Origin: Azolla caroliniana
Lineage: Eukaryota; Plantae; Polypodiophyta
DNA length: 64,000 nucleotides
Assembly: GCA_043228905.1 (NCBI GenBank)
Contig: JBHGNT010000005.1
Location: 186,001-250,000 of the forward strand
Direction: 5' to 3'
The stretch's first letter is position 1, and each line of letters begins with the position of its first letter. A program made the translations under genes and the position numbers. A model generated the notes under the pieces. The model did not search any database, was not told the DNA's origin, and worked only from the letters and a program-made list of their open reading frames with translations. This document shows positions 28,201 to 40,032 of this stretch, piece by piece.

Positions 28201-29574
28201 AAAACAGCTCAAGATAGAGCGCGTTTTTACGTCGATCATAATAGGCAACCTCGTGTATTCAACCCTAGACAGAAGGTATTTTTACGTGTACCTCACAAAT
28301 ACTAAGACATTGTCTACGGGTAAGTGCGCTAAGTTACCCCCACGGTTTTGTGGACCTTTTCAAGTCCTCAAATGCATCGGTTCATTAGCCTATCGTCTCG
28401 CTCTTCCCAATGGCGTTGAAATTCATCCAATCTTCCATGTAAGTCGTCTAAAAGAACTTCTAGGTTCAAGCAACAATACAGTTACAACTAAAACTCTGGT
28501 TACTTCTGAAGAATTATCTTCTAAACCACATGTACCAGAAAGAATTCTCGATGTTAAAACAAAAAAATTGCGTACTAAAATAATCCAAGAATTTAAAATT
28601 AAATGGATGGATAAATCTCTCAAAGATGCCACATGGGAACGTGAAAATACTCTTAGAACTAACTTCCCTAACTTTTCATTGCAAGAGTGCAATGTTTTAA
28701 AGAGAGGGAGTATGTTACGGGCATGACCATATAATATCCCGTGGTGAGAATTTACCGTATTATTCTATACACATGGGCAAGTGTGAGGGTTAAACGAAAG
28801 TGTAAAGAAGGGGAGGATTACTTTTAATCCTCAGGATTGAGACAACCCATTAGGCCAAGTGTGAACTTGCCTGGGGGCCTTGGGTCTTGCTATAAATAGG
28901 AGGCCTAACTACCCTCATTGGATCATCTTTTTGACTACTTCGAGATTCTAACGTTGTGGTGGGTCAACTCTTGTAGCGAGCGTGCTAGCACCAGGTACGA
29001 CTCGACGCCACGGCGGTGGTATGGGACGCTAATCGAGGCTTGGGTCTGTCTTGATCCCTTCGCTCGGGGGTGGTCTGGTGGATCAACACCCTTCTTTCTC
29101 TCCCTCTTTTCTATCTATCTATCTTTTATCCTCATCATATGCTTACGTTAGACCATAACTATAACAATTAAGTAGTGGAAGATTATGTGATATGTGTGCG
29201 TATGTGTGTGAGAGGAAGAGAGAGAGGAAGTTACACTTATGAACAATAATATAAATGGGGGATGATTAACAAGAGTGTAGCTAAAGACCTTTCCTCTATA
29301 TTAATAAGCATCAAAATACAAAGATATCCTCAATGAGGTATATCTATATCTCATGTGCAAAGGTGCACATGTGTGAGGAGAATATAGGTACAAATGTATA
29401 AGTCCTATATTAAATGAACCTGTCAGTGGAGGATCTAGAATGTATCTCACTTACGTACAAAATCCTATTTAAAGCTTTAAGGTCAACACACCAATTAGAT
29501 TCTATCTAGGTAACTATTAAGTTACGTGGTTAACTAAATGGCTAAACTAAGTTTAGCTTGTCAATATCTCAACA
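25279..29574 (-). mobile_element. Solo LTR split by the nested gypsy element (parts 25279-25336 and 29167-29574)
   Basis: TGTTAA...TCAACA termini, 5-bp TSD CTATG/CTTTG. The rejoined halves are colinear with the solo LTR at 43011-43465. Orientation is inferred from a TATA-like TTAAATAGG on the minus strand. Confidence 0.8.
25337..29166 (+). mobile_element. Chromovirus-type Ty3/gypsy LTR retrotransposon, defective, with internal deletion and inversion
   Basis: TGTTA...TAACA ends, TSD GTTAA/ATTAA. 5' LTR 25337-25687 (truncated), 3' LTR 28713-29166, PPT AAAGAGAGGGAG at 28699-28710. RT (LDLRMGYHQI, MPFGLTNAP, FLDDILVYS) and RNase H N-part (ETDASDYAIG) on the minus strand. RNase H C-part (ALKTWRHYL), integrase (HPQSDGQTE, GPF) and chromodomain (PERILD..IKW...DATWE) on the plus strand. 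Stops and frameshifts throughout. Confidence 0.93.
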
Positions 29575-30683
29575 CTTTGTGAACTATAACATGTTGAATG
29601 TATTGCGTGATGAGAAATTTCACAACATGTGGCTTCATGCTAATTTGAATGTAAGAATGATCATAGGACACAAACGTATACATGGCTCTTGGATAAATGG
29701 GAAAGAAAATTTTGGTCAAGAGAAAATAAAATCCCATACCATGGACACAAATACCTTTTCAGAATCATTGAAACCTATTCGCGAGATAAACAAGAAGTAT
29801 AGAGTCATCATCCTGATATTGTGAATCCAATGGTAGCAAACCAATAGCCAAAGTACAACTAGAAAAGCTCCTCACATGATGGCTTGTCAGGAACAAAGAA
29901 CGATAAATGTTGAGGCTCATACGTGCTTATGATAGAATGGCTTGGTGGTTCCCTATGCTATTAAGCTTGTTGAGTTGAATGAAAAACCTAATGGCATCGA
30001 CTAAGAATTGTGAATCAAAAGATCATCACATGAAGCTCAAACATGTATCGTTATGAGTACAAGTCTAGCATGTTAATCACTTGAACTAATTACCTCATAC
30101 TTCATTAGGTACATGTGTTACTATTATAGAGATATTAGGGATAACTCTAGAAATTGCAATAATGTGTAATACATGCAAGACAACACGTGAATACATGCCA
30201 GTTGATCTCAACCATCAGAATGGTGTAATTTGGGCCATTGCTTGTAAGTAATAGTCTCTATAAATTGAAGCTTCTACGAGGTTCACCTTTGAACGTAAGA
30301 TCACCTTCGGAGTTCATTATTGAGGTCACACATGAGCCGTTCTCAAGAACCTCAATAAATTTTTGAAGGCCACCATGTTGATGCACGAGGTACCCTATCT
30401 GCTCCTCAATATTCCATGCCACCAACCATCCCACCTCCACTTCCTCCCAAAACCTATAAAACTCAAATAATTTGTTCTTCTCCAAGTTGTTCACTTACCC
30501 ACTTTGGACCTTGTTAAGTATTTCTCAAGACATCTCAACGTTGATGCCATGGACTAGATACCCTCCAAAGTGTGAAAGGGATATACATGTAATATAGTTA
30601 AATAAACAGTAACTACAAACGTGAAACTATAAACCATTTGTGAGAGTTCTTTCTCATTTACATTCTCCCAAAAGCTAAAGCTT

Positions 30684-30685
<2 letters not shown>

Positions 30686-30738
<53 letters not shown>
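30686..30738. repeat. (CT)n microsatellite
   Basis: About 26 uninterrupted CT units. Confidence 0.95.
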
Positions 30739-30743
<5 letters not shown>

Positions 30744-31383
30744 AATCATTTCCTTAATTATAAGTTATGAGCTTAATCTTCATAGTAGTCATAAACTTGT
30801 CATTATCCTAAGAATAGATTAATGGAAGTTAAGCGTGTTGGTGATTTCTTGCGTTGTCACTCTTCGATCGAGTGATGTGATAAAATCTCACATGAATTAG
30901 TGTTTATATGACCTTGTGAGTGATTAAATCATAGAGTCACAATAGCGTTTCTTTTATAGTCACCATATGCATAAGTATCATGGGAACTATTGATACCCGG
31001 CCTCGCTCATCTCACCAACAAAAGGGTAAATCGTGGTATGTACTTACACCCCAACCTCAAATAATACCAGAGTAAGCAGTAACTTTCACTAAGGACACTC
31101 GATCAGATTCTGCTCTATCTTGCACAAACAATATTAACATTAAGTGCTTTATTAATTATTCTATTTGTTCTTATTTGCCACTTGAACATCTTTTGGGTAT
31201 TCTCATAATTGAGTCTTTACTATATAGGAATTTGAATCTTAGTTAAAGAATCATCGTGAGAGAGGTTGATAGAGTTCAACTTAGTGATTAATATTATTGT
31301 TGATCACGAATGAATGAATAATGTTGCTACTCGTGTTTCTAGCAGTACTATAGACGATGATATGGTCCCACGACATGAAATTG

Positions 31384-31570
31384 TTAAGAGGGCATAACTA
31401 TTGTCAAGTTTACGATGTGTGTTCAATGGTGCACACCTTGAGCCAACATGGGGTATCTTCTTTGCCCAACTATGTATCTCGAAAAGTTCAACACACGACC
31501 TTGGTAAGAGGGCATGACTCTAGCTAGTATTAAGATGTGTGTTTAATGTTGCAATCCTTGAGCCAACACA
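31384..31570. repeat. Diverged tandem duplication, about 120-bp period
   Basis: TAAGAGGGCAT...GATGTGTGTT.AATG.TGCA..CCTTGAGCCAACA occurs twice. Confidence 0.7.
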
Positions 31571-34500
31571 AGGTAATTGTCACTTAACCATGTATATTTA
31601 GCAAGTCCATGTTATTCCTTTTTCTTCAACGATAAGAAATCCCAATGTTATAAAGTGATTGTTCATGACTCAAGTAGTGTTATATGTGATCTCAAAAGAA
31701 GTGTTTTCATATTGACCATAACAATCAACCCACTGCTTTCCTCAAACCATCATCTTATAAAGATGAGTTGGGAAAAATATTTTGTATGTTGTTGTTATGA
31801 CTTTTCTAAAAACTAATGGAAGGATATGTTCTTTTGAAAAAAAAAAAAAAAAAACAATCAACCCATTACTAGATACTTGAATCCACAACCTTAATGTTTC
31901 AAAGACAAACGGTTTTTACCACACAAACAATCAATTTTCCTACATTTGGAAGTTTGTATGATCTTCAAAGGCTCGTATATAATGTACAAATGTAATGTTT
32001 TCACATTATGCTAGCCCATAATATTCCTTGTTAGTATTACATTTTAAAGTGTGTTGACTCTTTTTGCTATAGCAAAATTGTCAATGTCAATGAAGGAAGG
32101 AGCATACTCTTGTTGTGCTTGATATCGTACTAGGATTTTCAAGTTTGTTTATATTGATGCAATTAGCTCAAATTTAAATTATGACGAGTTTAATAATGCT
32201 ACAACATCAAATCTATCATTCTTGTGCTTGATCTCGTGTCGGGATTGTGAAGAATTTTTGTAATAATGGAAGATCATTCTGAAGGAGAATGTGTTAAGCA
32301 TCTTATAGAATGTTATCTTATTTGAGAAATGAACATTAACAAACCCATGTCGACGCACCTAAAAGCCCTATTGGATGCATTCAATGATCCCAATCAATGC
32401 TCCAAGTGATGATTCTTACCCGTTGGAGAGGGTGTCTCATTCTTGTCCTAGGTGATATTGGGCATCTCCTATCCCCTAAGTTTTCAACTCTCTACTAACT
32501 CTTCTATTTAGATGAGCCCATTTCCCTCTTCCAAACTCTACTATATTTGGGCTTGAGTGGGTTGTGGAGCAAATGGAGGTGGCAAGTTATGGAAATTTGC
32601 CTAAGGCGTTAAGACGAGAGTGAACTTAGAGTAGCAAACATAAGGAGTGAAATCAAAGAAACAAATCAAAACATGATAGAAGATATATAATGATACAAAA
32701 CACTATAAAGTCAATAGATAACAAAAATAATATACATATGTATGTATATGATCATACCCAAAATCAATTAGCAAATACACGAAATCTTTAAACAAGAAAA
32801 TAGACAAGACAATGTGTTGATATTTGCATTCAACATAATATCTTATTCGATCAAATCTCAATTTTTTTACTAAAGAATATGATTGCAACAAGTGGTGCAA
32901 ACAATAACGAGGAGATGCTCATATTCATAATAATGATCGCTAGATAAATGTTAACAAGGGGAACCTAGTCACTATCCCATGAAGGCTCTTAATTGGCCCA
33001 AGCTTCAGGACATATGGCACGTAAATAGTTATGAATTGCAAACCTTCTCCTTGCTTGGTATTTCAAACCCTAGAGATATTTTAGTCACAAAAAATGTGTA
33101 TTCCACGCACACACATAGAACTTGTACTTGTGCCATTGATTTTCATATCACGAGGTATATTACTCGTTTGCACTATAAATTTCTATTTCGTGTGAACAAT
33201 AATGGACGTATGTGTTGAACACATGGCAATTCATAGGGGGCCAAAAGCTTCGTGTGGTGATACCCTTGACCTGCATGCCCCGTGTATTTTTGTCTTTATC
33301 TTTAATTACAAGGCAATTGCCCACAACAAATTTGGCAATTGAGGGTGGAAGATCAAGGAGGCAAGGACGACTCTTGGCACATGAAACTCATCATTTGTTG
33401 AGATTTGTTCTTTGAGTGCATATTATGCTAACTGTTATCCATGCTAGTTAAATAGACTTAGCAAATAACTCATTCTTCCAATTTACAATTTGTTTTCATA
33501 CCTAGAAGTATGTGCACAATATTCTTGTTTGGAAAATATAATCTTAAGTAATGAGTACATATCAATTAGAGAGGAATTGTCCCACTTTTTCGATAAAACG
33601 AAAGTAACGATGGCTATAGTCAATTTAATTGATCTCCTTTTGGCATTCAAAGAATCCAATACCATCAATCATCTAGATATCCAATGAGGCCATTCTATTA
33701 TTTAAGAGATCCTAGTAGGATTTCAAGTGTGACTTCTTCGCATGATGAGGTTGTCTAATAATTCAATGCTATTATTGTGTTGTATGTTTGGATTTTCTTT
33801 ACTCATAAGCTTAGTGAAGGCTACATGTTTTTTCGACTTTAGAACATGAAGGTAATATTCGGAAAGAGGGGACATAAAATGAATGTCCTTCAATTCTCAC
33901 GAGTAATAATACAAGGTCACATGGGAACATGTGGTTATATGGAACACAGTCAAACAATTGTACATTGCACTACTCCATGCCCTATTGTGGAACTAGTAGC
34001 ATCTAGTGATGTTAGCAAGCTTCTCCATGTGTGCAACAATATGCCTCCTACTAGGTCGGCAATAAATCAAAGGGAAAGTTTTTCAAAATGCCACTTTTTA
34101 TTGCATCGTATTTTACAATAGGTAGCACGTTTTGTTTTTTTTTGCTTTGATCAAAATGCCACTTAGTACGTAGCCACTCTTTCTTCTTCCTATTTTAAGA
34201 CGTTTGTGTAGTCTAGGACAATATTGAATGAACATGAGGCAAAATTTCACATAGAAGAATAACCCCAATTTCGACAATAATACTAGTATAATGAGAAAAA
34301 ATATCCGTCCTATGGCTTCCTAGTATGACTAGTGTACTCTGGGTAGACTCTCGAGGACCATTCATTCAGAGAACAACGAATGGGTAAGTAAGGTCATTGT
34401 GAGATGCAATTTTTCATAGAATAATGGTTGATTCCTTGGCATAAGAAGACATGGGAATGCTCACCGGTGCACCCCAAGTAAGAACAACACTCCACGACAA

Positions 34501-34715
34501 ACATTGACTAGTCTGAAGCTATGATATGAAATAATAACTGGATTCCTAGAGTAAGAGGACACACTTGTGATAAGCTCCGTGATAGAATAAGTGATATATA
34601 CCATAGAATTGAAGGGGGGGGGGAAACCCCACTTTGCAAGTGGTAAAAAAAAGATAACATCATAAAATTATGCCTTCAAAGTCGATCCAGAATAATGAAT
34701 AATAAATAATAAAAA

Positions 34716-34870
34716 CTATGAATTATGAATTGTGAATTATGAATTGTGAATTATAAATTGCAAATTATGAATTATGAATTGTAAATTATGAATTATAAAT
34801 TGTAAATTGTAAATTGTAAATTATAAATTATAAATTATAGATGATAGATTAGAAATTAGAAATTGTAAAT
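34716..34870. repeat. 7-bp AT-rich minisatellite (AATTATG / AATTGTG / AATTGTA variants)
   Basis: About 20 heptamer units immediately upstream of the probable first non-coding exon of the endosulfine gene. Confidence 0.9.
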
Positions 34871-36484
34871 AAGCTTTTGTTTTTTTCCTCCTCATTCTCG
34901 TTCTATCACCATATAAAATGAATACAATGCATTTGTCTCTGTTGCGCTGTTCTCCTTGACGCTCTCTGTGCCTCTGTGTGCAGCCGGTAAGTCTCTTTTC
35001 CATCAGAGCATTTCTTGATTCACATTTGATTGATTGGGAGCTTTCACCTTGGTTGATGCTACTAGGATCTATGTGAATGAATGAGTGAGTTGGTGAACTG
35101 ATGATGGTATATTACGATCTATATGAATGAATACGAGAGAAAGAAGAGCAGGGAGGTCCTGATTCTTAGTATAGTTTAGATGGCAATGTGTTAACCGTTT
35201 GGAGACTGTGCGTTATGTTGTTAGTTTGATATGCTGATATAGCATGTGGTTTAGGATAAATGTTATATAGTGTAACAAAAATACCCAAAAGTAGGGATTT
35301 GCATCCACATACTTGTGTTAATCAATTAATAGCTTTCCCTTCGTGTAAGTCCATTAGATCAGTAGAGGTGTGTGTGGTGTAAATGGGACGGAGAAATGTG
35401 TAGGTGGAAGCAATTTGGACAGCGTTTTAGGTAGAAAGAAAATACATATGTGCGCGTGAGACAGATGCATAGGCTGAAACTAGAAATTAGAGGGGGAATT
35501 TATAGCAAGGATAAATTGAGTCAATCAAAATGACCCCCTCACTCCTGTTATAGTTTGTTTTCTAGTGGTGTCGTTGTGTGAAATGAAACTTGTCAGCTTG
35601 GTAAAATGGCTCTAGTATGTGTAGCTTGGCGGCAGCTAAACTGAGCAACATTCAGAGGAAAAAGCAAAAAGACTACATTTAGTAGAGCTTCATTAATGGA
35701 TCATCATTGTGACCATAAATGATCAACGGATTTGCATCTGATACTCAAACAATAAGTTTGTTGCTACAACAAATGACGTAAGTTAGATCAAGGAGTGTTT
35801 TTCAGTGAAGTTCAATCATGAGGGAAAACGTTTGATCACAGTAATGATTCTCCTTCTCAGATTTCCCGTTGATACAGGAGAAAGACCCAATGGACCTTGA
35901 TTGTAAATGAAAAAGCTGGACCACAAGGATTCTATTTCTTGAGTTGACCCTATTTCAACAAGCTTTATCAAGAGACACGAATAGATGACAATGACGATAT
36001 TTTTAATTTCCTTGAAAAGCTAATAAATAGAACTCATTCTGGAAGAATGGGCATAAATACATGTATATACATATTCCAAATGCATAATAGGACTGAGAAT
36101 AGATTCCTTTCCATATCTAATACAAGGTGTGGACTTAAGCACAATGTGAAAGCATTATGTCCACTAGAAATTATATATTACAAAAAGATATGTAATGCAA
36201 TGTTGTAGCCGTAAATTTTGATCTTTACCACTGCTCTATTGTGCATTCAAGAGGTCTAATATTACCAATGTTAACAAGATGAAAATATGAATTTGGTTGG
36301 TACCGACATCTTTCCACAACCTAGAATGCCAAAATTTTCTACAGTCAGGCTTAATGAGGTTTAAATTGAAAATAGCGATGGATTATTTTCAAGTTAGTGG
36401 TTTCTTTAGTTTTTATAAGTCATGGTGCCAAGTAATGCTTAATTATATTAGAATATTTTGAAATGGTTAGGGAAAACTGCACTG

Positions 36485-37541
36485 ATGGCTGAGACAGATG
36501 TAACAAAGTTGGATTATGGTGAGGATTACATTGAACAAGCTACACAACCTGAACATTCAATGCCCTCACCAGAGGAGCAGGTAATCCATTCATGTTTTTG
36601 TCTCTTAGTGTGTGAAAATTTCATTAATATTATTTAAATGAATCTCAATCTTAACATTTGTAGCTATTGTTTAATTTACATGTAGGCAAGGGCAATCAAG
36701 AAGAAATATGGCGGTCTCTTGCCAAGGAAGCCACCACTGATTTCTAAAGTAAGTTATTGCAAGGGAAGTGCTTTCATTGTTAGTGGAAGTGAAAAGGAAT
36801 ATGGTTCCTTTTTGCTAAGTTTGTTTTTCTCATATATAGGACCATGAACGAGCTTATTTCGACTCGGCTGACTGGGCTTTAGGGAAGGTTAGGCTGATAC
36901 AAAGTTTCAGAGCAAATAGTTTAATCAATTTTGGTTATAGCTCATTGCCATAAAGTTTTATGCTATTTTTTGCTTTTAAAACCCTTAGAAACAGGGAGAG
37001 CCACCTGGTCAGAAACCCAAGTCTTTGGCTGATGTGCTTAGGCCAAAACTTCAGGTACCATACTTTCTGGTTAAAGAAATTGGAATAAAGATTTTGGTTT
37101 TCTAAATATTTCTCTTTGCTGGTTAACGCTTGGAATGAAAAGAGAATAAATTGTAAGTTAAAATTGTATAAAGGAATTTCATGAAAAATATGTTTTCTAG
37201 AAACTATTTCTTTTGTCGGCTAACCACTAGAATGAAAAGGGATCAATCATAAAGATTAGGAATTTCATACCAGCTCTCTTTTTTAATTTTTCTTGTCTTT
37301 ATGCAGCCTACACCTCATCAACCTCTTCCTGCAAGACGAGCTTCGTACGAAAACTCTGAGAATGAAGGTATGCATTGTAAAGAAATATTTGCATTTAAAA
37401 TTGAGGTTTGTTATTCATGTAAATACCCTCAATGTACTAAGTCGTTTCTTTTGCGCTTATGAGGACATAGATGGAGTTGAGGGTGAAATTGCTGTTGATG
37501 GGGCATTAACCACCAAAGAAGAAAACTTGCGAAGTTTTTAG
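36485..37541 (+). CDS. Endosulfine / cAMP-regulated phosphoprotein 19 (ARPP19/ENSA)-related protein, 6 coding exons; missed by the ORF track
   Basis: Exons 36485-36580, 36686-36748, 36840-36887, 36989 or 36995-37054, 37307-37367 and 37471-37541 join in frame. Motifs KKKYGGLLPRKPPLISKDHERAYFDSADWAL and LRPKLQPTPHQ. Probable 5'-UTR intron from the CCG|GTAAGT donor at 34987 to about 36470. Confidence 0.92.
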
Positions 37542-38039
37542 GAAATCTCCCATTTCGCCCTCAAAGAAGGGTGGTCAGTAATTTTTAGATCAATAAGAAA
37601 TACATGCTTGATTTGCATTGGGGCTTATGCAATAGGCTTGAGTTGTATATAGTATTTTGAGGATGATCAATTTGGTGCAAAAAAGTAGTTGAGAGATTAA
37701 AAGCTTTGCTCTTGCCCCCATTCTCAATTTTCTCAAAGGGCAATTATGTTATGCTCTCATCCCAATCTCAAGGCCAGATTTATTCTGGCAATTGAGATTA
37801 TAAGAGCTAACTACTCACTAAACTTCTTACACTTCTTTTGTTGACAGGGAAGGTCTTCTTCAACTTGAACAAATAAATCAATGCATATGTTAACATATTA
37901 GTGTGATTCATCTTGTAAAGTTGTTGAATATTTAAGAGTTTTCAACTATTTTAGCATGAGTTATCTTATTATAAGGGTTGTCAATTACGTACATATCAGG
38001 AATAATCTGGATAGTAAATTCATAACCTCAACCATTATG

Positions 38040-38180
38040 GGCAACTCGGAAAGACAAAATTGTTTGTTGATTTCCAAAGGTTCCAAGTGATTACTACAAT
38101 GCATGGCCTTGATGGGCAAGCATAAATGCCAAGACCCATATGACACGGTGGCGACGTTATGATGTGGTGAACTTTCTAGG
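38040..38180 (-). mobile_element. Small LINE ORF2 C-terminal remnant
   Basis: The minus strand reads VITWNLWKSTNNFVF, the WxLWKxRNxxxF motif. Confidence 0.4.
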
Positions 38181-38191
38181 TTGATCAACCG

Positions 38192-38347
38192 TAGACAATA
38201 GAAATAAGCCTATGATTATAAGCAAAATTAGAGACATGCATAAGACTTGTTGTGAGCATAAACAAGCCTTAGACAATAGAAATAAGCCTATGATTATAAG
38301 AAAATTTAGAGACATGCATAAGACTTGATGTGAGCATAAACAAGCCC
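38192..38347. repeat. Tandem duplication, 78-bp unit x2
   Basis: TAGACAATAGAAATAAGCCTATG...CATAAACAAGCC starts at 38192 and 38270 with few mismatches. Confidence 0.92.
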
Positions 38348-38753
38348 CATATGCACATCAATAGGCCTCATATTGTTGTGTTAACAATAACAATACCATA
38401 TTGATATAAGATGTGACAATTGTTAAGAGGGATCACACAATGAGCTTTGCGAAGAGGAGAACAAAGGAAGGCATGTTCATGCTCACTCTTGATACCATAA
38501 GGGTAAGATGATACTCTCCTTGTTAAATCATGAATGTTATGTTTCTATAGACATTCATGACCATTCAGTCTAAAACCTTTTTTTAATTGATTTAAGACAA
38601 AAACACATCTCATCAATAGAATAATTGTCATACTCATAGTAAACTTTTAATAACGGTCATTGTTATTTGAAATATGCTCATGCCTAGCTATTAATCATGG
38701 CTCATCATCAATGATTAGCCATGCTCGTAATAGTTATTGATCATGCTCATAAT

Positions 38754-39215
38754 TAGCAATGGGCACGGTTCGGTTTGGTTTCAAGGCAAAGAAACCGAAC
38801 CGAACCGTTTATATAAAACAAAAACCAAACCAAACCATTTATGAACTCTCAAGTATTTAAACCAAACCATTTAAACCCAAACCGTTTAGGGAAAAGTTGA
38901 AACCAATCCAAACCATTTAAGTCAAACTAATTAAATATATCTAAATAAATAAAAATACATTAAATTAAATAAGCATTTAAGTGAAAGTTATTAAATTAAT
39001 AAAAAACCATTAAATTAATAATTTATTAAGGTAAAAATAAAGATAACCAAAAACCTATAAACCTTTAAATCAAACCATTTAAACCTATAAACCTGAGTTT
39101 TAGAACCGAACCGTTTATTGAAAATCCAAACCATTGATTTTTTTAGAACCAATAAACTGTTAAATCATGGCTTAATGGTCCGGTTCGGTTTGAGCCGAAA
39201 CCGTGCCCATTGCTA
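38754..39215. mobile_element. hAT-superfamily MITE (462 bp)
   Basis: Perfect 17-bp TIR TAGCAATGGGCACGGTT / AACCGTGCCCATTGCTA, 8-bp TSD CTCATAAT / CTTGTAAT, subterminal AACCG/AACCA arrays, AT-rich core. Confidence 0.92.
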
Positions 39216-40032
39216 CTTGTAATTAAGGTTTATTATGCGGTAATTAGTCAAATTTCAATAGAACTAAGGATGCTGACTTTTTGAAAATACTATAATAATG
39301 TCTTGGTGTTTATTTCGAGTTTGCTGAAATCTGTAAAGGGAGAAAATTGCATCGAGTCAAAAGAATCTTGTATCTCATGAATATGATAGTACGACCTTGT
39401 ACCATCCATGTTTTGGAGCTCTTCTCCCTGACATACCTGATAGTAAATTTTGTATCATCAAGCGTGTTGTTCGAGGTCTGTGATCTCATATGCATTGAAT
39501 TCATCACATTCTTGCATCAAATTTGTTCATTCAAATCCCCCACATTTGTCATTCCAACGAACACTCTTTTATCATTTCAAATATCCCATTTATGACTTCC
39601 TTTCCATGAGAATCACATGTCTTCTAGGTCATGTACATCGAAATCCTCAAATTCTTGCCTTGAATTCTCCATTCACCCCCTTTCCCCTTCACTATTGCTT
39701 GCACACTCTTTATCATCTCAATTCTCACATGCAAAACTCTTTATGTAACCATCACGTGTCTTTTGAGTTCCTTCTATCCCATGGACATGGGCCAAACATG
39801 TGCTTTGAATTCCTTCACTCAAACCACCTATTTCTCATTCTATTTACTAGTTACATTCTTACATCCAGAAATCTTTACATGATCATTCGGCTGTTGTTTA
39901 AGCTCTACTATCTTGGTACATTGTATCTCTCGGCACCAAATTCATCAATTCAAACATATCCATATTCGTCATTGCAATAAAAACTATTTCACCCTTTCAA
40001 GTCTCTCCTTCACAACTCGTTTTCCATGAGCA

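Noticed and set aside
38192-38347. Direct repeats here and at 50651-50875 and 51336-51502 considered as a CRISPR-like array
   Set aside because: Only two copies each, with no repeat-spacer periodicity; ordinary local duplications in a eukaryotic genome.
39500-40030. Possible decayed DYW domain downstream of the second PPR gene
   Set aside because: No PG-box, HxE or CxxC motif found in the minus-strand reading; the region looks like degenerate repeat DNA.
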